Assembly (NCBI GenBank): GCA_038060895.1
Contig: JBBTCT010000022.1
Location: 320,001 to 384,000, forward strand
Direction of reading: 5' to 3'
Origin: Planctomycetota bacterium
GTDB taxonomy: Bacteria > Planctomycetota > MHYJ01 > WSZJ01
DNA length: 64,000 nucleotides
Shown in pieces: positions 30,018 to 40,984 of this stretch; within the stretch, counting starts at the first letter, position 1; every line of letters starts with the position of its first letter. The notes under the pieces were generated by a model. That model made no database searches. It saw only the letters and a program-made list of their open reading frames with translations, and had not been told where the DNA came from. A program made the position numbers and the translations under genes.

Positions 30018-30285
30018 GCCCGGCGCTGCCACGGGCGAGCGAAGCGAGTCGAACGGCGGAAAGAACATGTAATCTCAGCGGTCACGCCGCCCACTCTACT
30101 CGTCGGGGACCGTCCGCGATTCCCCCTCAGAGTCCCAGCGCGAAGGCGATCGCGAAGTCCACCCGGACGTCAGGTGGAAAGGGAAGCCCATCGGAGAGCG
30201 GGAAGCGGAGCCTGAAACTACAGCCAGAGACGGTTCGAATTGACGGTAACCGGAAATCTGAAGATTGGTCTGGTTCCTGGCTCTT

Positions 30286-31821
30286 CTATTCTCTCACCCA
30301 GCACACCCCCCAAACTTCCTCATCGACCACGAGCTCGACATTGCCGGTTTCGAGAGAGAGCACGCAGAGTCGTGCCATGCTGTTCTTGCCGTCGCGGCAG
30401 AAGAAGGCCAGAAAACGGCCATCCGGGGAGAGGGCCAGTTCGTCGAAGCGCCAGTTGTGATCGAGAAGCGTCCGGAAGCCTGTTCCATCCGAGGCGACCG
30501 AATCGACCCGCTGATGCTCTCCATCGACCCAGGTGGAGAGAAGCACGCGGTCTTCAAATTGCGACCACGCAAGTGGCCTCGTGGACCTGACGTCCTCCAG
30601 CGTCAATGCAGTCTTGACGTCCGTTCCGTCCAGGCTGGCCACGTCGAGCGACCCGGACTCTCCGCCGGCCGGTGAGAAAGCAATCCGCTTGGAGTCAGGT
30701 GAGAGCACGGGCTGCGCTGTCGTGTCCAGCGAAGCAATCCGTCTCGGGTTCTTTCCTTCGGGATCGACCCGAATTACTTCATAGACGAGTTCGTTCGAGG
30801 CGGAGGAGAGCCGGGTGACGAAGATCCCGGAACTGTCTGGAATCCAGATTCCGGCGCTGTCATGGACATCGTCGTCCGCCAGCGGCGTACGCGCGCGCGG
30901 ATTCGATCCGTCGGAGTTCATCAACCAGACCCGCCGCGAGACCTGCCCGGTACTGACGAAGAACAGGATCATCTGGCCATCCGGCGAGTACACCGGCGTG
31001 CTCGCGGGCCGAATTTCCGGCACGAAGGGAAGGACTTCGCCCTTGGCGACGTCCAGCCGCAGCAGGGTCCAATTGTCGAGATCAGGGGAGAAGGAGTGAC
31101 CGACTGCAAAGAGACCGTTCGGCGAGAGGTTCAGGTCGGCAAGTTGCGGTCTCGAGTGTTCCACTGTCTTCCGAGCGGCAATGCGCTTGCGATCCGTGCC
31201 GTCGGGCCGGCAGGTCCAGAATTCCTCCGCTGAGTACTCCTCGCCGTCGCGACAGATGTGCCGGTAGAGGAGTCTCTCTTTCGCCACGGGACGATCGAGA
31301 AGAAGATGATCCGCCCGCTTTCCATCGAGGACGAACGAGTCGACCAGCGTCTCGATCGCCGGGCGGCTGGCGTCCCAATCGCTGTGCTTGAGAAGAAACG
31401 CCATGTCAAACGCAGCAGAATCCCCCTTGGAGAAATGCCTCACCTCGACGAGCGACTCTTCGTCCTGCTTATAAGCGACTGCAAGAAACCTCCGTCCGCC
31501 GGCGGAACCCCCCATGTGCGCGTCTCGAAGCCTTCGAGCGAATTGGCGTTTCTTGCTGGCCGCCAGGCTTTCGAACCACGCTTCCGCCCGGTCGTCCGCG
31601 CCTTCGCCGAACGGTGCCTGGAGAAGCGCACCTCTGACCTTCCGATCCTTCGAATCGAACTCGATGATCGGCTGCCTGAACTCGGTGAACTGGAAGTCCT
31701 CCGTTCTGACGTCCCAGACTTCCGGAGCCGCTTTGAACGACAGTTTCTTGAGCTTCTCTTCGTCGCCAATAGCGGCGGAGGCGAGGCCTAGAATTCCGGC
31801 GAGGATTAGGAGCCGCTTCAT
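30286..31821 (-). CDS. secreted TolB-like (PD40) beta-propeller protein
   Basis: Signal peptide; PVYSPDGQMILF, LSPDSKRIAF and LSPDGRFLAF repeats. Confidence 0.85.
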   Translation of the reverse strand: MKRLLILAGILGLASAAIGDEEKLKKLSFKAAPEVWDVRTEDFQFTEFRQPIIEFDSKDRKVRGALLQAPFGEGADDRAEAWFESLAASKKRQFARRLRDAHMGGSAGGRRFLAVAYKQDEESLVEVRHFSKGDSAAFDMAFLLKHSDWDASRPAIETLVDSFVLDGKRADHLLLDRPVAKERLLYRHICRDGEEYSAEEFWTCRPDGTDRKRIAARKTVEHSRPQLADLNLSPNGLFAVGHSFSPDLDNWTLLRLDVAKGEVLPFVPEIRPASTPVYSPDGQMILFFVSTGQVSRRVWLMNSDGSNPRARTPLADDDVHDSAGIWIPDSSGIFVTRLSSASNELVYEVIRVDPEGKNPRRIASLDTTAQPVLSPDSKRIAFSPAGGESGSLDVASLDGTDVKTALTLEDVRSTRPLAWSQFEDRVLLSTWVDGEHQRVDSVASDGTGFRTLLDHNWRFDELALSPDGRFLAFFCRDGKNSMARLCVLSLETGNVELVVDEEVWGVCWVRE

Positions 31822-31958
31822 GGAAGCAGCCTACCAAGAGCGGCGTTCGCTGACAGCCGACGACCTTGCCTCCTGGTTCTCCGACCGTACTTCTGTCGAC
31901 GGATTTGCACTCATCCGACGGGGCATACTCGCTGACACAAGTCGATCCCAACGACGGA

Positions 31959-34900
31959 TTACTTCAACACCAACCCCTTAATGTTGTAGTACTTCGCCTC
32001 CGGGTGATGCGCCACGATCGCGCATGTGCTCTGCTCCGGAACGATCTGGAACGCGCTGGTGAGCGAGCAGCCGATCGCCTTCTCTGCGTCGAGCAACCCG
32101 AAGATCTTCTCGTTGTCGGCGAGGTCCGGGCACGCCGGATAACCCGGCGAGTACCGTTTCCCCCCGCCGTGCTGCATGCCGAACTCGGCTTTGAACCGGC
32201 GGTGGAGCCACTCGGCCATGGCCTCCGCGGTCTCGACCGCCAAGCCGTGCAGGTAGTAGCTCTTCGAGTACTCGCCCTTCGCGTTGAGCGCGTCGCAGAG
32301 CTCGGTCGCTCTCGCGCCGACCGTCACGCACTGGAACCCGATGACGTCCAGCCGGTCCGGGTCCCAGTAATCGACCAGGCAAAGCCGCTCGCCGTCGGGC
32401 TGTCTCGGCCAGTCGAAGCGACACCGTTCCTTCTTCGGGTCCTCGGGGTCGAAGACGACGAGCTGGGAGTCGCGGACCTGGCACGGGAAGAAGCCGTAGA
32501 CGGCGCGGGGCTGGAACCATTTCTCCTGCAGGGCCTCCGCCTCCATCTTCACGAGGAGCGGCTCGAATTCTTCCTTGATGATGTTGACGACGTCCTTGGC
32601 GGACTTGCCGTGGCCGCCCCAGCTCAGTCGGAAGAGGCTCTTCTTGTCGATGAGCGGGAAGACCTCGCGCAGGTCGATGTTCGCGACGGTCTGGTTGCCC
32701 CAGAACGGCGGGACGGGGATGTGCTGCGCGGGTTTGACGGCGCGCGGAGCGCTCGACGCCGCGGTATTCACTTCCGGCGCAGGACCTCTTCCCGCCTCGA
32801 GGTCGAGCAGCGCGCGGACTTCCTTGTGGTTCTTCTCGACGCGTTCCTTGTTTTTCGCCGGGATGACGAGGTCGTTCATCGCGTCGAGGCCGGTGAAGGC
32901 GTCGGTGCAGTAGAAGACGCCGGAGCCGTAAAAGCGGCCGTCTTCGAGGACGCAGGCTTTCTTGCCGAAGCGGCTGTTGATGGCGGCGCCGCCGATGATC
33001 ACCGGGATTTTCAGCCCGTGCTTGTCGAGTTCCTGGACGCAGTAGGGCATCTGCTTGCTCGTGCTGACGAGAAGCGCTGACAGACCGATCGCATTGGCGT
33101 TGGTTTCCTTGGCCTTGGCGATGAAGTTCTGTACGGGGACCTGTTTGCCCAGGTCGTGCACGGTGTAGCCGTTGTTCGTGAGGATCGTCTTCACGAGGTT
33201 CTTGCCGATGTCGTGGACGTCGCCGTACACGGTGCCGAGGACGATGGTGCCCTTGGAGTACGTGTCGGACTTGTCCATGAACTTCTCGAGGTAGGCGACG
33301 GACTTCTTCATGACCTCGGCGCTCTGCAGCACGAAGGGCAGGATCAGCTCGCCCGTCGCCATCCGGTCGCCGACTTCCTTCATGGCGCCGAGCAGGACCT
33401 CGTTGATCACGCCGACGGGGGAGTACTTCTTGAGCGCCTGGTCGAGAAGCGCCTCGAGGTCTTCGTGAATGCGGTTGAGAATATTGAAGTGAAGCTGTTC
33501 CTCGACGGTCAGGGCGTGCGTCGGCTTCGGCGCGGACTTCTTTTTGGACTTCGTCTTCTCGAAGTACTCGATGAACTTCGCGAGCGCGTCGGGATAGCGG
33601 TTGAAGACGAGGTTTTCGGCGAGCTCGCGCTCGTTCTCGGGGATGGACGGGTAGGGGAGGATCTCGTTGGGGTGGACGAGGGCGATGTCGAGGCCGGCGT
33701 GCACGCAATGAGTGAGGAAGACGCTGTTGAGGACCGCGCGGCGTGCGGCGCCAGGCCGAACGATACGTTGGAGACGCCCAGGCCCGTCAGCGCGCCGGGG
33801 AGCTTGTCCTTGATCTTGCGGATCGCCTCGATCGTTGCCGTCGCGCTGTCGATGTACTCCGGCGAACCGGTCGCCAGCGTGAAGGTCAGGCAGTCGAAGA
33901 TCAGCGCTTCCGGCGGAACGCCGTGGTCGTCGCGGGCCATGTCGCACATCCGGCGCGCGACGTCGAACTTGCGGTCGGCCGTGATGGCCATGCCCTGCTC
34001 GTCGATCGTCATGGCGATCGTCGCCGCGCCGTACTCCTTCACCATCGGCATCACGCGGTTCCAGCGCTCGTGGCCCTTTTCAAGGTTTACCGAGTTCACG
34101 ATCACGCGCCCCGGATAGATCTTCATCGCTTCGTTGATGACGTCGTACTCGGTCGAGTCGATGACGATCGGCGCGTCGACGGCGTGGGCGAGTTTCCTGA
34201 GAAGCGTCGTCATCTGGTGCTTCTCGTCGTCGCGCTCGTTCAGGGCGACGCAGATGTCGAGCGCGTGCGAGCCGCCTTCGACCTGCGCGCGGGCGATCTG
34301 GATGATGGACGCCCAGTCGTCCTTGATCAGCAGCTCCTTGAGCTTGCGGGAGCCTTGCGCGTTCACGCGCTCGCCGACGAGCATGGGTTTGGGGTACTGG
34401 TGAAGAGGCACGGACTTCATCATCGAGCTGATCGCCGGCTCGTAGGGGACCGTGCGCGCGATCGGCCTCAGCCCCTTCACGCGCTCGGACAGCAGCTTGA
34501 TGTGCTCGTACGTCGTGCCGCAGCAGCCGCCTGCGATCGAAATGCCGCGCGACTTCACGAACTCTTCCATCGCGTCGGCGAATTCCTTCGGGCCGAGCGG
34601 GTAGACCGCGTCGCCGGTGCCTTCGTTCGCGGGGATGCCGGCGTTCGGCATGATCGAGATCGGGATTGGCGATTTTTCGCAGAGGTACGCGACCGAGTCG
34701 CGCATCTCTTCGGGGCCGGTCGAGCAGTTGAGGCCGATGATGTCGGCGCCGAGGCACTGCAGCGTCGTGAGCGAAGCTCCGATGTCCGTGCCGAGCAGCA
34801 TGCGCCCGGTCCGGTCGAGCGTGACCTGCGCCATGATCGGGAGGCGCCGGCCGGATTCCTTCTGCCACCGGCGGATCGCGAAGATCTGCGCCTTGACCTC

Positions 34901-35422
34901 GAGGATGTCCTGCGAGGTCTCGATGAGGAACGCGTCGGCGCCGCCGTCGGCGAGGCCGCGGACCTGGGCGATGAAGCCTTCCACGATCTTGTCGAACGCG
35001 ATGTTGCCGAGCGACGGGTCTTCCGATGAAGGCAGGTACCCCGACGGCCCGATCGACCCGGCGACGAACTTCGGCGCCCCCTGCTTCGAGTACCGGTCGC
35101 ACGCCGCCCGCGCCAGCTTCGCCGCCGTCACGTTCTGGTCGTACGTCCGCTCGCCCACCTTGTACTCGTCCATCTTGAACCAATTCGACCCGAACGTGTT
35201 CGTCTCGACGCCGTCGGCCCCCGCTTCGAGGTACTTCTCGTGGATCTCCCGGATCACATCGGGCTTCGTCTGGCAGAGCCAGTCGTTGCACCCTTCCATC
35301 CCCGGCCCGCCGAAATCGGCCGCCTTGAACTTGTAGCGCTGCAACGTCGTCCCCATGGCGCCGTCCCACACGAGGACGCGCGTTTTGAGGGTTTCGAGCA
35401 GGGAGGGGCGGTCGTTCGTCAC
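31959..35422 (-). pseudogene. metH: B12-dependent methionine synthase, split by a 1-nt frameshift near 33740 (pseudogene or sequence error)
   Basis: DGAMGT, GGCCGT, GERVN and GVSNVSFG in ORF 33509-35422; VLNSVFL, GDVHDIGKNLV and RYSPGYPACPD in ORF 31959-33947. Confidence 0.9.
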
Positions 35423-35466
35423 GTTGCTGAAGGTTGGTCCTTTCTTCGGTTATCGACGACAGGAAG

Positions 35467-35562
35467 GGCGGACGCTGATAAATGCTGATTTTGCTGAAAC
35501 CTCCGCTGATACGGCCGTATCTGCGGACGTTTCAGCGGAATCAGCCGTTATCAGCGTCCGTC
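35467..35562. repeat. imperfect ~96-bp palindrome built from GCTGA(T/A) units
   Basis: CGGACGCTGATAA…TTATCAGCGTCCG centred on TACGGCCGTA. Confidence 0.8.
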
Positions 35563-35576
35563 GTTACTCTGGATAC

Positions 35577-36420
35577 TTACACCGCCGACAGTCCCAGATG
35601 ATCGCACCGGCAGAAGCGGGAGATCTCGAACAGCGCGCGAAGCACATCCTCCGCCTGCTGCGCCGAAAGCCCCGCAAGCCCGCACGCCGGTGTGAAGAAC
35701 GACTGTTCCAGCACCTTCTTCTTATCGCCGAGCGGCGCGATCGCCGCGAGGAGTTCCTTGAGGATGGCCCGCGAGTGCCCGAGGGGCACCGCGCGGTCGG
35801 TCGGGACGATCCCCCAGCCGATCCAGCCGCCCGCGGCCACGTGCGCGACGAGCGCCGGGCCGCACTCCGCTACGAACGGCTTCACGCCCGCGGACACGTC
35901 GGGATTCACGAAGTCGGGCCGAAGCGCGAGCACGTCCTTCCACGCGCCCTTGCCGCAGCAGTGGAACCCCACGACCGCACCCGCGGCGCGGATCTCCGCG
36001 ACCAGCCGCGTCGCCGCTTCGCGGTCCACCGCCTCCAGCGGCTTCGTCCACGACGGCTCGTCCACGGCGATCACTGCCATCCGACCCGCCATCCGGGCCT
36101 GCGCCGCCTGCCACCGCGCGTGCGCGGCTACCTTCGTCGCGAGCGTCGCGTAGTTGCCCTTCCCGGCCTGGACGAGGCACAGCGGCCCGGCCACCTGTCC
36201 CTTCAGCCACGGAGATTTCGCCGCTTCCTGCCGCAGGCGGTCGAGCATGGCGTAGCAGCCGGGGACGGAAGCGACGGTCGGGGGGGCGAGGGCCTGGTCG
36301 AGCATGGACTCGCCCTTGAGCTGGGGCCAGAAGGGGAAGTCGGGGAAGCGCTCGTGGACGTACGCCGCGGCGTCGGCTGCGCTGGTGTGGAAGGTGGAGC
36401 CGACGCCTGTGAAGCGGGAC
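35577..36420 (-). CDS. core (folate-independent, MesB-like) methionine synthase homologue; true start unresolved
   Basis: In-frame FTGVGS…PFWPQL upstream of the called Met; LKGQVAGP, DEP, FHCC, WGIVPT and TPACGL motifs. Confidence 0.7.
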
Positions 36421-36613
36421 TGGGGGAGCGGGAGTGAGGGGGCGGGAGAAATCTGGCTGAAGGGGGTGAGCTCCTTGGCCGGGCGGGGAGTGGTGGGGTT
36501 CGCACCGTTCGTCGGGTTCGCCCGGCCAACCCTGAGCGAGCGAAGCGAGTCGAAGGGTGGTTGAACCGGGCATCGTAAGGAGGGTCCTTGCCGTGCGCAA
36601 TCGCATTTCCTGC

Positions 36614-36730
36614 TTGACCGGTTCGTGGCGCGGGGGGTAGGCTATGAAAGTTAGCGTAAGGAAACAATGACGGGGCGGCCGCGGAAGCGCGCCCCTTTTT
36701 GAGTGCCTTAAAGTTAGCTTAAGGAAACTT
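36614..36730 (+). promoter_or_regulatory. sigma70-like promoter with two DtxR/MntR-type operators
   Basis: TTGACC-18-TAGGCT; AAGTTAGCGTAAGGAAACAA (36648-36667) and AAGTTAGCTTAAGGAAACTT (36711-36730). Confidence 0.75.
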
Positions 36731-36735
36731 GACGG

Positions 36736-37257
36736 ATGACCACCCGCCTCACCGCCAGCCAGGAGAACTACCTCGAACACATCCTCAACCTTGGCCGAAG
36801 CGCCCCCGTCCGCGTCCGGGACATCGCGGAAGCGGCGGGCGTGCGGCTTCCCAGCGTGTCCAAGGCGATCGGACGGCTCGTCGATGCCGGCCTGGCCCGG
36901 CACGAGGCGTATGGCCGCGTCGAGATCACCGACAAGGGACTGCGCGCGGCGCGGTCCGTCGCCCGCCGTGATGAATGCCTGACGCGTCTCCTCGTGGACG
37001 TCCTGGGCATGCCCCCGGCGCGCGCCGCGGCCGACGTCTGCCGCCTCGAGCATTCCCTCGGCGCCGACGTCCTCGAACGCCTGGAAGCCCTCGTCGCCCA
37101 CGCGTCTTCGCCGGCTTCCGCCGCCTGGCGACGCGGCCTCGCACGGAAACTCGCGGCGCTTCCCGCCCAGCGCGACGACCGCGACGACATCCGCGTCGGC
37201 GCCAACGACCCGCACGTTCACGTCGGGAAATCCACCCATCAGGAGAGCCGGACATGA
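36736..37257 (+). CDS. DtxR/MntR-family metal-dependent repressor
   Basis: ENYLEHI, DIAEAAGVRLPSVS, YGRVEIT and CRLEH motifs. Confidence 0.9.
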   Translation: MTTRLTASQENYLEHILNLGRSAPVRVRDIAEAAGVRLPSVSKAIGRLVDAGLARHEAYGRVEITDKGLRAARSVARRDECLTRLLVDVLGMPPARAAADVCRLEHSLGADVLERLEALVAHASSPASAAWRRGLARKLAALPAQRDDRDDIRVGANDPHVHVGKSTHQESRT

Positions 37258-38144
37258 AATCGATAGCGCTGCTGCTGACCGCATTGACATTCCTGCCCGC
37301 GGCCGCCGATGAGCCGCGCAAGAAGGTCATCGTCTGCTCGACCACCCAGATCGCCGACTTCGCGAGGCAGATCGTGGGGGACCGGTGCGTCGTGAAGTGC
37401 ATCCTCGCGCCGGGAGCGGACCCGCACACGTACATGCCGACGCCGGGGGACGCGGAGATCGCCGCGACCGCCGACCTGTGCCTCGAGAACGGGCTGCACC
37501 TCGAGGGGAAGAACTGGATGGCGACGCTGGCGAAGGATCGCGGCAAGCCGATCGCGACGTGCACGGAAGGGCTGGAACCGCTCGAACTCGAAGCGGGCGG
37601 CCAGAAAATCCACGACCCGCACGCGTGGTTCTCGCCGGTGAACGCGGCGCGGTACGTGAACAACATCGTCGTCGCCCTGTCGAAGCTCGATCCGTCCGGC
37701 ACGGGGGAATTTGAAGCGAGGGCGAAGCTGTATCTCCAGCAGCTCAGGACGTTGGATGCGTGGATCAAGGAGCAGTTCAACGCGATCCTGCCCGAGAAGC
37801 GGATCCTGGTAACGAGCCACGATGCGTTCAATTACTTCTGCCGGGATTACGGCTTCAAGTCGGCGTCGCCGGTGGGCTGGTCAACGGGAAACGAAGTCGG
37901 CGCCGGGATGACTCCCGAGCGCCGCAAGGCCGTCGTGGATTCAATCCGGTCGTTCGGCGTGAAGGCCGTCTTCGTCGAGACGAGCGTGAATCCCAAGATG
38001 GTGCAGGAGCTCGCGCGCGAGGCCGGAGTCGCCGTCGGCGGCCAGCTCTACAGCGACTCGATGGGCGGCCCCGGCACGGCGGGGGAGACGTACATCGGGA
38101 TGATGCGGGAAAACGTCCTCACGATCGTCAGGGCGCTGAAATAG
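37254..38144 (+). CDS. Mn/Zn/Fe ABC transporter substrate-binding protein (TroA/MntA-like)
   Basis: DPHTY, ENGLHLE, DPHAW, SHDAFNYF and LYSDS motifs. Confidence 0.93.
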   Translation: MKSIALLLTALTFLPAAADEPRKKVIVCSTTQIADFARQIVGDRCVVKCILAPGADPHTYMPTPGDAEIAATADLCLENGLHLEGKNWMATLAKDRGKPIATCTEGLEPLELEAGGQKIHDPHAWFSPVNAARYVNNIVVALSKLDPSGTGEFEARAKLYLQQLRTLDAWIKEQFNAILPEKRILVTSHDAFNYFCRDYGFKSASPVGWSTGNEVGAGMTPERRKAVVDSIRSFGVKAVFVETSVNPKMVQELAREAGVAVGGQLYSDSMGGPGTAGETYIGMMRENVLTIVRALK

Positions 38145-38651
38145 ATGCGCTTCCTCCTCACCGCGTTGATCTGGGTCGTCTTCGTAGGCAGCGTCGCGCT
38201 GTTCACGTCGCGCCGGGACGCCCGCGGTCCGGTCGCTTCGTACGCGCGTGCGGCGGCGAAGGGGATCTTTGCGGTGGAGGTGACGGCTTCGTTTACGGCG
38301 GAGCCGGACCCGTTTGCACTGGACACGGGCAAGGCGAAACCGGCCGGGCTGGTCGTCCGCGTGAACGGCGTTGAGGCGATCCGGGCGGCGACGGTCAAGC
38401 CCGGCGCGGCCATCCGGGTCGAGCCCGTTGCCGCCGTCCTCGAGGGGAAGAACGAGCTTTTCATCGAGGCGTATCCGCCCGCGGACCAGCTCAACCGTTC
38501 GCACGCGATCCGCGTGCGCATCCTGCGTGACGGCGAGCCGGTGGCGGAGCGGACGTTCTGGAGCGAGCCGGGGACTCCGATCGCGACGGCGTTCCCGCTC
38601 GAGGTCCCTGCCGCGGGAGCGCCCGCGAAGGACGATCACAATGATCACTGA
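38145..38651 (+). CDS. hypothetical membrane-anchored protein in metal ABC operon
   Basis: Abuts the previous stop; N-terminal TM; overlaps the next start. Confidence 0.75.
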   Translation: MRFLLTALIWVVFVGSVALFTSRRDARGPVASYARAAAKGIFAVEVTASFTAEPDPFALDTGKAKPAGLVVRVNGVEAIRAATVKPGAAIRVEPVAAVLEGKNELFIEAYPPADQLNRSHAIRVRILRDGEPVAERTFWSEPGTPIATAFPLEVPAAGAPAKDDHNDH

Positions 38652-39405
38652 CGCCCGCATTCCTGCCATCCAGGTCGAAAATCTCACCGTTTCCTACGGC
38701 CCCCGGCCGGCGCTTCTCGACGTCTCCGTTTCAATCGAACCCGGCACCCTCGTCGGCGTGATCGGCCCGAATGGCTCGGGGAAGTCGACGCTGATCAAGG
38801 CGATCCTGGGGTTCGTGAAGCGCGACTTCGGGACGGTGAAGATCTTCGGGGAGCCGGTCGAAGAGGCGCGCGGAAGACTGGCGTACGTGCCTCAGCGCGG
38901 GGCCGTGGACTGGGACTACCCGGTGACGGTCGAGGAAGTTGCGATGATGGGCCGGTACGGACGCATCCCATGGTGGAGCTCGCCGTCCGCCGAGGACCGC
39001 CGGATCGTCGGCGAGTCGCTCGACATCGTGCGCATGGGCGACTTCCGCAAGCGCCAGATCGGCCAGCTCTCCGGCGGCCAGCAGCAGCGCGTGTTCATGG
39101 CCCGAGCGCTCGCGCAGGGCGCCGACATCCTGCTCCTTGACGAACCGTTCGCAGGGGTTGACGCCGCGACCGAGCGCGCGCTTCTCGAAGTCCTCCGCCA
39201 GGCGCGCTCTGCCGGCCGCACGCTCGTCGTCGTTCACCACGACCTCGCGACCGCGGCCGAGACGTTCGACCGGTTGATCCTCCTCAAGCAGCGGATGTAC
39301 GGCTACGGCCCTCCTGAAGCGGTGATGCACGAAGATCTCCTGACCGCCGTGTACGAAGGACGCCTTCGAATCTTCGGGAAGCTGGCGAAGGAGGCGAAGC
39401 CGTGA
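38641..39405 (+). CDS. metal ABC transporter ATP-binding protein (TroB/MntB-like)
   Basis: GPNGSGKS, YVPQR, LSGGQQQR and LLDEPFAGVD motifs. Confidence 0.95.
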   Translation: MITDARIPAIQVENLTVSYGPRPALLDVSVSIEPGTLVGVIGPNGSGKSTLIKAILGFVKRDFGTVKIFGEPVEEARGRLAYVPQRGAVDWDYPVTVEEVAMMGRYGRIPWWSSPSAEDRRIVGESLDIVRMGDFRKRQIGQLSGGQQQRVFMARALAQGADILLLDEPFAGVDAATERALLEVLRQARSAGRTLVVVHHDLATAAETFDRLILLKQRMYGYGPPEAVMHEDLLTAVYEGRLRIFGKLAKEAKP

Positions 39406-40940
39406 TCGCTTCGATCTTCTCCCCGCTTTCCGAGACCTTCATCCAGAAAGCGCTTCTGGGCGGCTCACTCGTCGCCATCGTCTGTGGCGTCGTCGGCTGC
39501 CTCGTCGTCGTCCGCCGCATGGCGTTCCTCGGCGACGCGCTCTCGCACGCGATGATCGCCGGCGTCGGCGCGGGGTACCTCTTCATGAAGCTGGTCTTCG
39601 GCAAGGAGGCGCACGCCCCCGCGATGCTCCTCGGCTCGCTCATCGCGGCGGGGATCACGGTCGGCATGATCGCGTTCGTCTCCCGCGTCTCGCGCCTCAA
39701 GGAAGACACCGTCATCGGCATCATGTACTGCGGCGTCTTCGCCGCGGGCGTCGTCCTCGTGTCCGTCTTCCGCGACCATATCCATATCGACATCGTTCAC
39801 TTCATCATGGGCGACGTCCTCGGCGTGACGGACACCGATCTCTGGGTCGCCGGGACCGTCGGCGCCGCCGTGCTGACGGTGCTCACGCTGTTCTTCCGCG
39901 CGTTCCAGTTCTCGTCGTTCGACCCCGTTGCCGCGCGCGCCGCGGGAATTCCCGTCGCGCTCGTGGACATCACCCTCACACTCTGCGTCTCCCTCGTCGT
40001 CGTTTCCGCCGTTTCAATGGTCGGCGTCATCCTCGTCGTCGGCCTCCTCATCACGCCCGCCGCCACCGCCTACCTCCTCTGCGACCGCCTCGACCGCATG
40101 ATGGGCCTCGCCGCGCTCTTCGGAGTGACCTCAGTCGCCGGCGGCCTCGCCCTCGCCATGGCCCTCGACTCCGCCGGCGGCGGCGCCATCATGTGCTTCT
40201 GCACCGCGCAGTTCCTCGCCGTGCTCGCCCTCGCTCCCCGCTACGGCCTCCTCGCCGGCTGGCGCCGACGCCGCAACATGATCCCGCAGCAACTCTTCGA
40301 GGACATCCTCGGCTCCGTCCTCCGCGGCAAACCCCCCGTCGCCGCCGAGGTCGTCGCTTCCCACGTCCATCTGCACCGCGGCCGCCTTGTTCGCGCCATC
40401 GCTACGATGAAGTCGGACGGACTGCTGATCGAGGCGCCGGATGGACTGTCGCTGACCGAAGAGGGCTTCGCCCAGGCGCGCCGGCTGCAGCGCGCGCATC
40501 GTCTCTGGGAGACCTACCTTGCTCGCGTCGGCGTGCCGCAACAGGAGATTCACGCGAAGGCGGACGTGCTCGAACACGTTCACGAGGAAGAGGCGGTGGA
40601 CTACATCGACGACCTGCTGGGCCACCCGGAGCGCGACCCGCACGGCGCGGACATTCCGGAGGACTTCGTGCACGTCGAAGGCGGCGCACCGGTCCCCGCG
40701 AGTTTTCTCCGCGAGGGCCGCCGGGCGACCGTCGTTTCCGCGCCCCCTGCGACCGGGCTCGCCGCCGGGCAGCGCATCGCGATGGCGCCGCGCCGCGACG
40801 AGGGACGGACATGGGTTGCGAAGCGCGAGGACGGGACCGAAGCGCTTCTGGACCACGCGACGGCCGATGCCGTGATGGTGCAGCCCGATGCGGAGAGCGG
40901 GATCCGCCCTGCGGTGAATCCGGGAGCGGTGAAACGCTGA
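39402..40940 (+). CDS. metal ABC permease fused to C-terminal DtxR-like domain
   Basis: GDALSHA and VGLLITPAATA, then HRLWETYL…ADVLEH…LGHPERDPHG. Confidence 0.92.
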   Translation: MIASIFSPLSETFIQKALLGGSLVAIVCGVVGCLVVVRRMAFLGDALSHAMIAGVGAGYLFMKLVFGKEAHAPAMLLGSLIAAGITVGMIAFVSRVSRLKEDTVIGIMYCGVFAAGVVLVSVFRDHIHIDIVHFIMGDVLGVTDTDLWVAGTVGAAVLTVLTLFFRAFQFSSFDPVAARAAGIPVALVDITLTLCVSLVVVSAVSMVGVILVVGLLITPAATAYLLCDRLDRMMGLAALFGVTSVAGGLALAMALDSAGGGAIMCFCTAQFLAVLALAPRYGLLAGWRRRRNMIPQQLFEDILGSVLRGKPPVAAEVVASHVHLHRGRLVRAIATMKSDGLLIEAPDGLSLTEEGFAQARRLQRAHRLWETYLARVGVPQQEIHAKADVLEHVHEEEAVDYIDDLLGHPERDPHGADIPEDFVHVEGGAPVPASFLREGRRATVVSAPPATGLAAGQRIAMAPRRDEGRTWVAKREDGTEALLDHATADAVMVQPDAESGIRPAVNPGAVKR

Positions 40941-40984
40941 GGATTTTGGAACCCGGTCCCTCCCGCTCCCGTATCATTTGACCC

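Noticed and set aside
33725-33760. programmed ribosomal frameshift in metH
   Set aside because: No slippery heptamer, and none is known for metH
35423-35576. SAM or cobalamin riboswitch upstream of metH
   Set aside because: No consensus elements recognised; the region is a simple repeat-built palindrome
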